This document shows, in pieces, positions 1-14,926 of a DNA stretch of 64,000 nucleotides (positions are counted from its first letter, which is position 1; each line of letters opens with the position of its first letter). Both the position numbers and the translations under genes were made by a program. Under the pieces are notes generated by a model. The model was not told the DNA's origin. It did not search any database and was given only the letters and a program-made list of their open reading frames with translations. The DNA is taken from assembly GCF_009914755.1 (NCBI RefSeq), contig NC_060925.1. One strand, written 5' to 3'. Origin of the DNA: the human T2T-CHM13v2.0 reference genome, Homo sapiens.

Positions 1-193
<193 letters not shown>

Positions 194-559
194 TTACCAC
201 TGGAGCTTCTGAGAGCCCTAAATCACCATAAGGGTAGAGGAAGGAAGACAGGAGGAACTGAGATGCTGAGATAAGCTGGGATGTCCCAGCCCACTTCCCT
301 AGAGAGGCCCTTTCCTAACAGCCAGCGGGAGAACCCTGTTCACGGAGCCCTATCACTGACCTCGAGGGCAGCACCAGCATCCACAGTCAGGTCATCCCGA
401 GAGTCGTAACCACTGTTCCTGCCCCAAACCCAATGACCCTCTCAACCCCATCCAAATAGCCCAGGATGAGCCACAAGACAGGGCCTTAGAACCCTGGGGG
501 TGTAAGACACCCTGAATGTCATCTGGCCTCACCTTCCACTGAGACAAGAAGATTCCGCC

Positions 560-750
560 TTGGGTTAGAGTCCAAGGTGTGGGATCTTGGGTGAGTTATT
601 CCATGTCTTGCCTAAATTCTCTCATCTATAAAGTAGGGCTGATAAGCTCATCATACCTCTTCACAGTGTTGCTGTGAAGATTAGAGTCTATTTGAGTAAA
701 GCACTCAGCAACAGTGCCTGGTACCCAACAAGTATTCAGTAAGGAAAGTT
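560..750 (+). mobile_element. MIR SINE
   Basis: CTCATCTATAAAGTAGGG...GTGAAGATTAGAG...AAAGCACTCAGCAACAGTGCCTGG MIR core. Confidence 0.75.
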
Positions 751-3700
751 ATGGCTACTGTTTTCATTATTAGCACCCCTGCATGGTGGACATTCGCTCA
801 TGTGTAAACACTACAGGGCCCACGGAAGGAGCTGGAGACCTGACAGGGTCACCCATCTTCTCTCCCTCACATCCTTCACAGCCCATAAAGCAAGACAGGA
901 ATCCAGCTCCCAACACCAACGTCTGCCTCCCTGTCACAGCTACCCACTGGCCCCAGGGCTGCCCCCTGAGGTACCACAGGGTAACTCTGACACCCACATC
1001 ACCTGACAGTGCTTTAAGCACACAATACTGTACCTAGCAAACCCCCTCTCACCAAAATCTCTACCTCTCTGGGCCACGCAGTCTCATGTTTTTAACCACT
1101 CTTCACGTGCCAGCAGCTCTGCTCTGTACTTCAACTAGTAGTTTGACATTTTCCCTCCTAATTGAGATCAGGAACTGGAGCGGCCCTCCAAAAGTGGCCT
1201 GAGAAGGCCAAAGGGCAGCCGGCTCTGATCTCCCAGAGAACCTTCTTCCTCCCTTAGGAGTCCTCACTCCCTGTCTTGCTTAATCTTCCCCTGCCCCTCA
1301 ACTCCCAACCCAGCCCTCCCATACACACAATAATTAAAACCTTGCTATGTGCCTTCTTCAGACCCTCTCAGTCTTGAGCTTAGGAATCTGCCAATAAGCC
1401 TTTGTTGAATTATTTCTGTATGACACACACTAAGCCATTTCACATATATTATCTCCATTAATCTGCTCAATTTCCCTTAGCTGGGAATCAATCCCAATGC
1501 TCACCTGCTCCTTTTTCGAGAGTTAGCTGGATAGATTCTTTCCACGTGGCCAAACTCCAGCAAGGAGAAGGTGCTTTGATACTCTTGATGTTGGACAAGA
1601 GTCTGAGACCCATGGACTCTACTAGACTAAGCAATATGTCTACCTGTATCCTTCACTCTTTCCCAGATGAGATAGACAGCAATCCTGCAGGCCCCACGTT
1701 TGCCATGATTGTTCTTCCTTCTCCAGATGCCAACAGTTTAACCCCTTGTTACAATTTAGAGCCAAGATAATAGGCTGTCATGTCTCATGTCACACGTGGC
1801 TCATCTGTAGCCTCCAATTAGAGTCTGAACTTTTCAAAGAAAGGGTCCAGGCAAGCTTCAAAATTCTTTTTTCATTCTTGCCAAAGCGATACTTCTAGCA
1901 GCACTCAATCAATACTTGCTGATTGCCTGATTGGACTAGATTAGGCCTGTCAACATGACAACCCCTAAATCCCCAACAAACACACTGGAAATGGGCTCAC
2001 TTGATGTGAATCCCTTCCCTGCCCACCCACACAGGTCCTCTGAGGTTTCTCCTACTCTCTCCTTCCTTTGATCTAAATGTATCAAACAAGAATGTGCTCT
2101 TCTAACTGCAGCTTCTGGAAAGGGTCCCCAAGCAAATATCAAAGGGACACTCAACCTGTAGTGTCACAAACACCAGCAATCACCTCACCCCTCTGCCTGA
2201 CGGATGCCAAGGACAGCTGGCTCTGGACTAAAAACAGTGCAACCCCAAATCTGAGCCCTGGGGATCTTTTATGTGTTTTCCTTTTCCCTGTGACCCCATG
2301 TGAGGCTGAGAACAAAGGAGACAGAAATCAGCTGTCCTCATCACACAGGTGGGAAGGCCACTGTCAGACCCACCCTCTCCCAGGGAATCAAAGACCAGAG
2401 ACTCTAATGGTTCCCCATGGCTACCAACTGTAAATTTCAACTAAGAGTAGAAAGTGGCCTTACCTGATACGGTAACAGAAGAAGAAAGGAAAGGAGCAGA
2501 GGAGTGCCACCCAGGGCCCTAGGAGGTAGGTGGAGAGGTGGAGCTTTGCATGCCTTCAAGTGCCTCCTGCGGTGGGCTAAAACTCTTACTGTTATTAAGA
2601 ACATACAGCAACCAAGGAAAAGAGGGGGACAAACCCTCTACTTTATGGCCTAGATCCAGGCATTTCACAGATTCTGATGCGCTCCAGACAGAAGCTCAGG
2701 GTCCTTTTGAGACATGAAGAGTCTTGACTGCACAAGAGAAGACCAAAAGTTCTTTGGAGATGGTTCTAGGTCCCCACTTTAGTTAATTAACAAGCTTTTA
2801 CCAAGTACCTCCTAATTCTTCTAAGTACTTCCAACACCTACGACACAGCCAGGCACACAGTGTGGATGCTGCTACTGAATCCAGGACAGGAGGGAAAAGA
2901 GAATCAAAATTAAATATAAGATACGGTTCATAACCAAAGGCGTTCCTGAAATAGCTTCCAGAGCTAACATGATTTGGGAACAGTTATAAAACAGCCTCAC
3001 TGCTAGGAAGCTTCTCGTGGGCCTGGACTGCGTCTTACAGCCCTTTAAGCCACCACATGGTGCACATCCATGTCCAGTAACCATCCACTGGGCAAACAGG
3101 CCGATGAACACAGGAAGGAAACACAGCACAACTTCCGTGAGGCCTACTTCTAAACATTCGAAATACCAAGTTTACCCCTCATTTTTGGAATCATACAATG
3201 CTGAGATACAACTGACTGGCCACTTCCTGCCTACCTGTAGGCTATCCCCAGAGTCGTCATGTATCACCTTTGTATAAGAAATGTGTCCCAGCAAGCCAAT
3301 CTCAACATTTAACCTCCTTCCCACACCCATCCCAACACTTGGCTCCCCCATCTCCTTTTTCTCTCTCATATGCAGAACCAAGTAACAAGTTAAAAAATGG
3401 CAGGAACTCTTTCTGAGTAAACTTTGCTCCTTGGCCAAGATGATAAAGCTGAGCTTCACCGTGGAATGCGTCCCTCCTCCCGGTGATTGGTAACCTGCTC
3501 AGGCACAGAATGGAAGCTGGCCAGCTGACCTCCAGGACTCAGCCATCTCCCTGGGGCCTGCAGAAGGACCAGGGACAGAGGCTACCTCCCTGCAGCCCTT
3601 GTTGGGCCCCACGGCCCTGACCACCACCGACCCCCACTTTGGGAGATGAGGAATAGAACTAGATTCTCCATCTGGCTGAGAGCCCGTTTACAGGGCTCTG

Positions 3701-4298
3701 GCTTCCTCCCAAGGCTGCCCTCAGTCCCACCAGACCTCTATGTTCTCCTTGTCCCCCTCTGGGAGATCCTTCAAATAAGGCCAAGGCCCCCAATTAGCAT
3801 GCCCCTTGCCTTTTATCTGCCCAAGCAGCATCCTCCTCATCACGAACATCAACTTCCACATTCCACAAACCTGCCACGTTGTCAGGCCTGGTGGTTGGCC
3901 CCGTGCTGCCTCAAAGCTCATTCAGCATTCCACGACAGCGGGACGAAGCTGGCACTGTTATCACCTCTACTCCACGGATAGGAACTGGGGAGCCTATACG
4001 AGGAGGCACAGCTGGTAACTAGACTCAGAGCCCTGTCTCTTAACCGCTGTGCTGTACATGTGGATGACATCCCTTCTCCTCTGATGAGACCTCCTCCTAA
4101 TGCCTGTCCTTGGCAGATGAACTACTCTCTATTGTCATACTTGACCATCTCTGGCATAAAAGGTGGGGCTAACCAGGTTTCCTTAGGGAAAAAAAAAAAG
4201 GCCCAATACACGTGACTTTTTTGTACATAAGTATTTTTTAAACAAGTTTTTACTACTGACTCATTGAAATGAGGTGAAATGTATGGTTAACCCCTTCC

Positions 4299-4730
4299 AG
4301 TTTACAAAGTGCTTTTGTAACAAATTAACTTCATTCCCCATCAAAGCCTAGTGAAGTACATGCAATTATTCCCATTTTACGGAGGAGAACATGAGGAAAG
4401 CTAGGAGACTCATCCAGGATCACTTAGCCAATAAGCAGCAGAGCAACAAATTGAACCCAGGACTCCCAAAGGCTAAATCCTGACTTTTGGGTACCTAGCC
4501 ATTGAGAGAAAACACAGCATTGGCATTCAGAGTGGGAGCGTGGGAGTCACAAAGACTCACACTGGCTGTGTGACCTGAGGCAAGTTAATTAACATCATCT
4601 TGTATCACTAAAGCAGTGCTACTAACAAGCGTGACACATGGTTACTGTGGGGATTAAATAAGATAATGTATGCAAAGTACTTAGCATGATGCCCAACACA
4701 TAGTAAACACCCAATAAATGGCCGTGATTT
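4299..4730. mobile_element. Two MIR fragments in opposite orientation
   Basis: ATTCCCATTTTACGGAGGAG (reverse core), then GTGTGACCTGAGGCAAGTTAATT...GGATTAAATAAGATAATG. Confidence 0.7.
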
Positions 4731-6397
4731 TTATTACTCTCCACTGTCCAGGCAGCGACTATAACATCTCCTTAACTCTCTGTGTGCCTATTATAGTGGA
4801 CATGAGATACAAAACTGTATGTAGTAGGTACTTAATACAGGTTGACTAGGAGCAACTTCCTGATATCCCAGCCACTGTACCTCACAAACAGCTGTAGGCA
4901 AGAATAACAGGACAAAGCCAAGCTCCCAACCACAGCAACTAGAAGGAAGCAGTGTCCACCCCTGAGGAACACATTCCAGGACTCAAAAGAAAGACAGAAG
5001 AAGGCTCGGAGCTGCAGTCTCTAGACACGAATAAAATGGCCGCCAGCCCGTGCCCTGTGCCAGCCTGAGCACAGCTGTGGCTCCCAAGGGCAGGGGTCTG
5101 TGTTTTCTCCACATCCTGCATCAACCACCACTCCTTCCCAGGGCTCTGGGTCTCTGCTCCCGGGGCTTGGGAACATGCATGTCCTTGGTGAGAAGACCAC
5201 ATAAAAGGGCATGGCCTACTTCCAGGAGCCTCCCTGATTCCCACTTCGAGATAAAAATAATAAACACACACACATACAGAGGGCGGAGAGTGAGGGGGGA
5301 ATTAAGTGGTGTAGAAGCTAAGGCACAAGGATTTACAAAGCACAGGGCTGCGGTAACCTGGCAACCTACGAAAGGTGTGTCAGAATGAGTAGGATGCAAA
5401 TAGACAAGCACCAGGGCTGGGAACAGTCAGGGCTGGACGGGGGAAGGTCACAACGTGCTGGCCTGGTTCCTTGTGGCGCTGAGCTGAGGAGGGAGGGGGA
5501 GAACAGCAGATAGGACGCTGCTGCCCACGCAGCTTGTGACTCCCAGCTGTGTGTTCCCAACAGGCTCCCAACTGGCCACTCTGCTAGCTTCAGGCTCTCT
5601 TCTCCAATCCTGTCTAGATATTGCCATCAGTATCTTCTCTGAAATTCTGAACCATCATATGCCTCCCCTGCTCTAAAGCTGCTCATGGCTCCCCAGCACC
5701 TAGCCTCAGCATCCTGTGGCATGTGGTTCCAATCTACCCCTTCAACCTCAGGATTCACTATCCTCCCACGTCCTGTACCTTCTGATCCTGCCTCACTGCC
5801 CCTTCCATATGCCTCTTTTCTATGGGCTTCTGCATATGGTGAGTCCTCCCTCTCAGCTCAGTCTAAATCCAGAGGTCACAGCTATTTCAACACATATTTT
5901 CTAAATACCTACCATGTACTAGGCACTGGGCTGGGCACTGAGACTACAGAAATACTTAAAATATATCCTGCCCACAATGAGCTTGTGGTCATAGGGCAAC
6001 TCAAACAAGCCAATGTGAAAGTAATAACAGGAACAGCAGATACAGAGCACTTCCTATCAGCAAGACCCTCTTTTCAGCCTTTTACATGCTCACTTTCATT
6101 CTTTAAATAACCCTATCAGGTAAGTATGATTATTATCAGCCCCATTTTATAGATGAGGAAACTGAAGCATAGCAAAGGTCAAGTAAAACTTACTCAGAAT
6201 CACCCTAAGTAAGTGATAGGCTTCGACGGAGAGTGAGCATCTCTGGGAGTGGGTGCTGCGGTCCAGCAGGGCAGTCAGAGGTGGCCACAGCCATGGATGA
6301 AGCCAAATCCAGGATGGCCATGGCCAAGGCACCTTCTCTCTATTTCCCCAAGAGGCCATCCTGGAAGCTAACGCTTCCTAGATGGAAGATGTACTTA

Positions 6398-6878
<481 letters not shown>

Positions 6879-8369
6879 TCAGCAGCTCCACCGTCCTGCC
6901 TCTAGCGCAAGCTGAGGAAGGGACCTCTGAGGTGTTTGGAATGGTTTCTTCTTTCTGTCCCTGCATGGCTGTGTCGGCATGGCTAGAAGATTCCATGCAT
7001 CCCTGACAGCCCAGGATGCCTCTATGTCCGTGCCAGGCAAGTCTTCACTATACCACGGGGGAACAGGAGCAGGATGCTGGCACATTCACATCGCAAGAGG
7101 GCACGGGGCACTGTGACCCAGTCTCTAGACAGGGGCATCTCCACCTAGTGCTGTTCCCCCTTCCCACTGTGGGCATCGGGATATTGTACAGCTTCAGGGT
7201 CAGGCACAGCAATATGGCTCAGAGGAGCTCACTGTCCCTTCAGTCCGACCCAAGGGCCTTTTCTCTTCATCTCACAGTAGAAATTCTATACTACCCAGGG
7301 AGTCCCTGGGCCCCACAGAGGCCACCAGGGGCAGCCTCCAGCCAGGCTGCAGTTCCACCACTGACCAAGCAGAAGGGATTCATTCCTCCTCCTCTTGTTC
7401 CAGCAACACTGTGCTGCTCTTCCTGAAAACTGGCTGGAATATAAGCTCCATGAGGACAAGAACTTCTGCCTGTTTTATAAACTACAGAATTCCCAGTACC
7501 TAGAATGGTGCCTGGAATATAGCAGGCACCCAATAAATACCTGTGGAATAGATGCATTATCATTTCTACCTTATAAATAAGAAGAATTAAGTATATTTCC
7601 TATAGACATAAAGCTAGTATATGGCAGAACTAAAATTCAAATCCAGGACTTCCTGGGAACAAAATAAACCATATTGTACAATCACCTAACACTACTATTT
7701 ACTGAGTACTGACCTGGCAAAATATGTGGGAGGACAAGGAAGATAATCCCCATGATTAAAAACTTGTATTGTCTGAGCAAGAGCATGTGAGCAAATAAAA
7801 ATTTTTTTAAAAAAATCTTTATTAGGGATTTATTATGTACCAGGAAATGGGGGACATACAGACATGGTCTCTCTTTAAAGGATGTGTGTGTATGCATGTG
7901 TGGCGTATACATACATATACATACATACACATATATGTAAATATATAAGTATATGCTAATTTATACACAATATATGTAAATATTATATGTGTTATAAATT
8001 TTTTAAGCCCATCACTAGGCAGTATAGGGGAGCCCAATGATTGAAATAGCTAATAAATATGTATAACAGGAACAGAAAGGGGCAGAAGTCACTGCAGGCA
8101 GATGCTCCACGAAGGAGATGGAAGCTGAGGGAGGCTCTGAAGAATGTAAAGCCTTCCATGAGAATGAAGGAGCAAAGGCAACCCAAGGGGCAGGAGTGCA
8201 TATGCAGCAGAACCCTGCAGGCTCTGGGAGGAATTCATAGAGAAGTCTGACTGCCCTAAGGTTGTTTCCCCTTTTTCCATTTTTTGGAAAATATACACTT
8301 CTGCTTTTAACTGTTCCACATTCTGTACCTATCCTTAATACCTTGCTTGAAGAAAGTGTTCCACTGCAA

Positions 8370-8372
8370 TAA

Positions 8373-8403
<31 letters not shown>

Positions 8404-8422
8404 TTTATTTATTTATTTATTT
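8370..8422. repeat. Compound microsatellite A(n)(TA)n(TTTA)n
   Basis: Read directly. Confidence 0.9.
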
Positions 8423-9019
8423 GGAAACTACTGCTCAAATTCAAGCTTGTTCTCCTACATATGGGAAACTGGAGTAGCCCAGGGTCCCAGAGCTAGCTCA
8501 CAGCAGAACTAGGGGAAAGACTGTAGGCCTCCGGGCTTCCCATGAGCAGACTGGGAGACACTATTAAATTTCCCGGGGTGTAGCAGGAGAGCAGAGAAGG
8601 CAGGCTGCTGTGGAGACTGGGCATTATGGTGAGCCAGGCCTCAGCATCCTGACTGAAACGAGGGGACCTCAAGGCCCTTCTCAGCAATATATGCCTAAGA
8701 CCAGGTTGTAACCTGGGACCTTCGGGCCCCTGCAGCTGAGGTCTCCCCTCCTGCTGGAGAGACCGCAGGGTTTTTTCTGCTGCAAGTCATGAGTTGCTTG
8801 TTGGTTTTTTTTCCTGCTTGGCTTGTTTTGACACGAGGAAGAGGCTAATAATCCTCCTGGCAAACCTAGGTAAAACAACAGGGCCACAGCCCCCTCTCTG
8901 AAGCAGCAGGGGCAGCTGGCTCTGACAGGGAGAAACTGGATCTAGGAGTGTGATTGGTCAGCAGCTGACCTCTCTGCTCTGGCCTCTGGTGGCTCCTACA
9001 CATCCCACTGGAGCTGTTT

Positions 9020-9240
9020 CCCTAAGAATGCAGACTCTGGAGCAGGACCGGTGCAATTTCTGTCTCTGCTTATTACTAGCTGAGTGATCTCAGGAAAGAT
9101 ATTATAGCTCTCTGTGACTCAGTTTCCTCATCTGTCAAATATAACAGTTATCTCAGAGTTACTGTGAGGTTTAAATGAGTGAATACATAGAAAACAGAAC
9201 AGCACCTAGGACACACTAAACACTTAATAAAGTTAGCATC
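9020..9240 (+). mobile_element. MIR SINE
   Basis: CTCAGTTTCCTCATCTGTCAAAT core. Confidence 0.75.
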
Positions 9241-11029
9241 ATCACTACATTATTGCTTATACATAAGGCTCCCTGAAACCTTGTCTCTTAGATGCTAAGA
9301 CCAGACTAAGCTGAATGCTAAGGTAACCTATTGTGGAACATAGGTAAATAGTGGTGTCAGAGATCTGACAGGCACAAGCCCAGAGACTCAAAGCTTCCTT
9401 CAGGGTCCCGGATTCCCTTTTAGCACTCAGAGCTGTAGGCTGGTAGGGTGACACCTCACGCTTCCTAGCTCTGGCAGGGACACCCCATTATTCAGAAGCA
9501 CGTAGGGTCTCTGGCCTCTCCAACCCCATGCTCTCTGCCTTCGTTCTGGCACTGGTGGGTGGCATCCGACTGGTTCCCTGTATAGAATACTCATGCTCCA
9601 CGTGCTTGCATCCTTCATTTACATCCTGTAGGAATACTCTAGGCAATCCCTAGAAGATAAATAGCTTCTAGGGATCCTGAATTTGGGGGAGTTAGCTGGA
9701 TATTATCTTTCAAAACCATTTCTGAGGATTTCCTTGAGATCTGGGGCCAACCTTGTGGGTGTACCTAAGAAGTTACCAAGCCGCTTTTTCAGAAGTGCGT
9801 ATGCATGAGAGTACAGACTTTTGCCTGGCCCCAGAGCAGAGCATTGGGAGCCCAGCAGTTGTGTAGGAAGCTGCAGAGAGTAAGATGGGAGCAGACGAGG
9901 CATCCACTTTCTCAGTTTTCAGCCCAATATCTGTGGAAAGGAAGGTCTCTAAAACTCAGGTAAGTCTAGGTACAGCCCAGGCTTAACTCTTACTTCTTAA
10001 TCTCACCTTTTTGTCTTTCTATCCCAGCATCTAGTGTTAAGCAGGGCTCTCAGCTGCAGCCCAGTGAATACTGGTTAAATTGACTAGAGGCTCTTGATTT
10101 TTCAGCATGTGACTGAGAAATCGCCACACTCATATTTGAGCAAGTGCATCTGTCACATGCAACCAGGTCTTTACAACTACCACTGTCCATGTTACAATAT
10201 TCTACCATACATACAGGGCAATAAGCTTGCCTGGGGATTTTTTGGTGTCCAGTAATTTTAAGTAGGAGTTACATTAGATGTAGTGTTTAGATGTAGATTA
10301 CTTAAGCTTCCCAACTGCCAACTCTTGATCAACTTTAAAGGGAAAGAAATAAAAGAAGTGCCGACCCTGCCTCCCACGTCCCCCGCAAGTCCACTGCCTC
10401 ATCATTCTGGTCTCCTTTTGTGCCCTGTACCCTCCCATTCTTTCCACCAAGCTCCTTTTCTCAACGCTTTCTCACTTGTGGTGTCCTTCTCTCTCCTCTT
10501 CATAGTGCAGAGTCCAACTGTATTTCAAGTCCACACTCAAGTTCAAGACTTCCACTTCCACGAGGCCTTAGAATGATTTGTGCTGATGAATCTTTACGTC
10601 TGCCTCACACGTGTTGCTAGTCCTAGTGCCTTGCCTACTGCCTAGCACTTAATGGCTCTGGCTGTACTGGGTACATTTCCCCTGATCTCGTGTTCTGGCC
10701 TGTACCACTGTCCTGAGACCACCTTTCCTGCATCTGTCATGACTCTGGTCCCACCTGTGCTAGCCCCAGGCCCCTGCTCCTATTGTTCAACCCCGTCCCT
10801 GGGAGCACCTTCACACCACTGTCTTTACCCCCTACCCATGAAGGCGATTCCAACCTTTAGTCCTGAGACATCCAGGAATACCTGTTGGACAGCCCACTTG
10901 GGTGTCCCACTATCACCTCCCGTTCAACATAACTAAAATTCATTCAACTATTACCTGTTGAGTTACTTTTAAAGCCAGGATCTGTTCTAGTCACTGGTGA
11001 GCAAGCCATGTAAAAGTCCTCACCCCAAG

Positions 11030-11445
11030 GGTTCATCAATGGATGAAGCGATGAACAAAATACAGTGGAATACTATTCATCCTTGAGAGGGAGGAAATTC
11101 TGACACATGCTACAACACAGATGAACCTTGAGGACATTATGCTAAGTGGAATAAACCAGTCCCAAAAAGACAAATACTATATAATTCCACTTACATGCAG
11201 TTTTAAGAGTAGCCAAATTCATAAAGACAGAAAATAGAATGGTGGTTGCCAGGGGCTGTGGGGAGAAGAAAAGGCAGTTGAATGGGCACAGAGTTCAGTT
11301 ACGTAAGATGAATAGAGTCCTGGAGACAGATGGTGGTGAGGGTTGCACAACACCACGAAGGAACTTAATACAACTGAATTGTACAATTACAAATGGGTAA
11401 GATGATGAATTTTATGCTATGTGTTTTTTTAGCACAATAAAAAAA
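11030..11445 (+). mobile_element. L1MB-type 3' end
   Basis: GGAAATTCTGACACATGCTACAACAC...GAACCTTGAGGACATTATGCTAAGTG, ends CACAATAAAAAAA. Confidence 0.85.
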
Positions 11446-12639
11446 TGTTAAGTCCTTGCCTTCTATGCACTTTTCTGTATGTTATGCTTCAATTAAAATG
11501 AAAAAGATTTTGTCATCATGGAATTTATATTCTAGAGTCAGTATCTCAGTCATCATCCAAGCAGTTTCCTTCAAATTCCCATCACCTGTACCGCCAGTCT
11601 CCAGGCCTGTGCAGTCCTCCTGGAATTCCTCCTTTTGCCCCATATCCAAGTGCTCTCCATCATTCCTCTCTAAGGCTTGCACCTCAGTGCTTCCTCCTTC
11701 CGAGAACCACAATTCCCATCACCTCTTCATTTTTGATAGAAAAGACGAGGAAGTGGGAAAAACTCTACAGGGCCTGATTCCAGCGTTGGCTCTACCACTT
11801 GCTCAATAACCTCTCATTTAAACTTTGATTTCCTCACTCACCAAATGAAGAGTTTGACAAGACATTCATGAAGGCTCCTTCTGGCTCCGTACCAGGATAA
11901 GTCTCCGGTTCACCCTCCCCAGCCTGCCCTGAGGTCTGGTGTATTCCTCTCAGGCACTCTGAGCAGCCTGAGAAGAAAGGCCTCATTCAGGAGGGGAGCC
12001 CAGCCCGGGCGACAGCTCCCTCCAGGAGCTCCTTGGCTCTCTCGCCAGCCAGCCTGAACTTTTACTGCTTGTAACCTTGTGACTTTGGATTACCTGACCT
12101 TGAATCCTGCCAGCCCTGCACTCCTGCTGGGACCTCTTCTGACCTGACTGCCTGTAACTGGGACAGCCTCGCCTGCTGACACTGGACCCTATTCTGCTAC
12201 TACAAACTGGGCTGCCTTGTGGCTGTACAACCAGGATGCTGCTAGCCAAACTGTGAATTCTCCCTGGGCCATGACCATGGCCCCGACCATGGCCCTGCCT
12301 TGGCCCTGGTTCCTGTAGTGTCCTCTGAGCTCATCCATCTGCTACGACAGGGTCCGCAATCTGCCTGTGATTGATTCATTCACTCCAAAATGTTCACTAT
12401 GACACTTATTCCAAGACAGGCACTGCTCCAGGTAAGAGATACATGAGGATGAAACACAACTGCTTCCAATGTCAACATATCCCATTGCCAGGGCAAATTT
12501 TCCCACTTAATGAAGACCTATGTTAACTTACCACTGTCAAATTCTTTCATGTAACAGGTATTTACCATGTGCAATTACTATGTGCCAGCCACTAATCCAG
12601 CACTATAATAAAACAGCAGTTTAGGGAAATGCAACTTTC

Positions 12640-12860
12640 TATGTGGTACAATGGTTAAGAGTATGGCCTCTGCAACTGGAATCTCAGTTGTGTGACCCTG
12701 GGCAATTATAAGATTTCTCTGAGTCTCAGTTTCCTCACTCGAAAATGGGAATAATAATAGCACTTAACTGATAAGCTTATATGAGGAATAAATGAGCTAG
12801 GCCATGTGAAGTGCTTAGAACACTATATGGCACACAGTAAACACTTGGATATTAGCAGTT
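12640..12860 (+). mobile_element. MIR SINE
   Basis: GTGTGACCCTGGGCAA...CTCAGTTTCCTCACT core. Confidence 0.75.
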
Positions 12861-13119
12861 TTTATTTTTATATAACCCCAAAGATGCCAGCACTTAATAT
12901 GCCAGAAACTTCAAGAGTCCCTGCTCCAGCCTGCATAACCAGTATCCCAAGAGTACCTTTGTAGATGAGTAGTGATAGCATGTAGCCCCAACTTCAACAT
13001 AGCTAACAAAGAATAATATATTCCTGTGCAAAGCACTATATACAATTCTAATATTTTCACATGGGTTAAACTTAGGAATATCACTAAGGAAATGGATACC
13101 CAAAGCTACCGAGGAGTGA

Positions 13120-14150
13120 AAATCTTCATAATACGTATATCCAACAATATATAAAGTGCTTCCTACAAACCATTAAGACAGGCAACCCAATAGAAAAATA
13201 AGCAAATGATCTGAAGAGGCATTTTGCAAAGAGGATACACAAATGGCCACTATCCTCAAAACGCACATTCAGACTACAGTACAATATTACTACATACCCA
13301 CCAGAATAAGTACAATGAAAAAGGAAGATAATATCAAATATTAGCAAAAATTTGGAGCAACCAGAACTTGCCTACTTTGCTAGTGTGAGTATAACTGGTA
13401 CGACTGCTTTGGCACTACTATTAAAACTATGATCCAGCAACTCCACTTCTAAGTTTATACCCAGCAGAAATATATATGTATATACACAAGTATGTATATG
13501 TATGTATACATACATTCAGGTATGTATATGTATGTATACATACATTCAGGTATGTATATGTATGTATACATACATTCAGGTATGTATATGTATGTATACA
13601 TACATTCAGGTATGTATATGTATGTATACATACATTCAGGTATGTATATGTGTATATATCCATTCACCAAGACATTCATATTTACAGTAGCACTGTTTGT
13701 AATAGCCAAAATCTGCACACAGCCCAAATATCCATCAATGGTATACAAATAATAAACTGTGGTCTATTAATATGGAATACTACACAGTCATGAGAATGGA
13801 AAACTACAATGGCACAGAACATGGATGAATGCCACAAGCAAAATGATGAGTGAAAGAAACCAGACTCCAAAAGAGAACATACTGTGTGATTTCATTTATA
13901 TGAAGTTGAAGAGCAGGTGAAACCAATCTGTGATTGTAGCATTCAAAATAGTGGTTACCCTTGGAAGGGTGGTTTGTAACTAGAAAAAAATGCAAAGTAT
14001 TTTCTGCGGGGTTTGGTTTGGTAGTGTTCTGTTTCTTTTCCTGATCTGGGCACTGGTGACAGGATATGTACGCTTTGTGCCGAACACTTATGATTCATTC
14101 ACTTTTGTGCATGCATGTTATACGTCAATAACAATATTAATTTTTTAAAA
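13120..14150 (+). mobile_element. Old L1M (L1ME/MC-like) ORF2 end and 3' UTR
   Basis: GATCCAGCAACTCCACTTCT, CAAATATCCATCAATG, ATGGAATACTAC motifs of L1 3' ends. Confidence 0.75.
13491..13650. repeat. 30-bp minisatellite, 5.3 perfect copies
   Basis: Unit TATGTATATGTATGTATACATACATTCAGG at 13491, 13521, 13551, 13581, 13611. Confidence 0.97.
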
Positions 14151-14153
14151 AAG

Positions 14154-14480
14154 GGCCAGGTGCAGTGGCTCTCACCTGTAATCCCAGTGCTCTGGGAGGT
14201 CGGGGTGGGAGGATTGCTTGAGGCCAGGAGTTCAAGACCAGCCTGGGCAATATAGAGAGATCCCGTCTCTATTTAAAAAAAAAAAAAAAAACTACCCAGG
14301 TGCAATGGCGTGTGCCTGTAGTCCCAGCTACTCAGGAGGCTGAAGAAAGAGGATCACTTGAGCCCAGGAGTCGGAGGCTGCAGTGGCACTCCATAACGGC
14401 ATCATAGCACTCCAGGCTGGGCAGCAGGGCAAGACCCTGTCTCTTAAAAAAAAAATTAATACGACTAATAAAAAAAAAAC
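14154..14480 (+). mobile_element. AluJ-type
   Basis: GGCCAGGTGCAGTGGCTC start, GAGCCCAGGAG AluJ-like right arm, A tail. Confidence 0.92.
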
Positions 14481-14826
14481 GCTAACAAGAAAAAATCTAG
14501 GAGAAAATGGACTTTTATCCAATGGGTTGTTTCCCCAACACCAATGAATTTTAGTGTCTACACTCTCTGCTCACAAAATCTGAAGGACACACATATTTCT
14601 GAGCATTTTCCTATTGCATTTTAATAAATGGCAGAAATGTTACTCTACAAAGCTTCAATACCATAAAAAATAAACATGTTTTCAAAACTCCAAATTCATT
14701 TGTCAAGCTTTATGTTCTGTGAGACCCCGTCTGAAAATGTCTTCGGGTTTTATAAATGCATGCTGAAATATAAAGTAACTTTTATAAGAAACAAGATTTT
14801 TAATGAGACAGAAGTGGTTGGGCCAG

Positions 14827-14926
14827 GGGTGAAGGGAGTGAAAACCAAGAAGATGGAGGAGACGAGACAATTCCCAATCAGCAAAATTCAAGGCTTAAAT
14901 TTCCAGTGGCTGCCAGAGCCCTGAAG
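14827..14926 (+). repeat. 100-bp local duplication, copy 1 (putative donor)
   Basis: 93/100 identical to 17005-17104 by manual alignment. Confidence 0.93.

Noticed and set aside
7320-7336. CTCF-like GCCACCAGGGGCAG
   Set aside because: One base short in the G-run relative to the core consensus.
12266-12305. GGGCCATG-AC-CATGGCCC hairpin with GACCATGGCCC repeat
   Set aside because: Too short to distinguish from chance or simple slippage.
13491-13650. CRISPR-like reading of the 30-bp palindromic repeat, and the repetitive ORFs over it
   Set aside because: Units are head-to-tail with no spacers, there are no cas genes and the context is mammalian. The ORFs are translations of the minisatellite.
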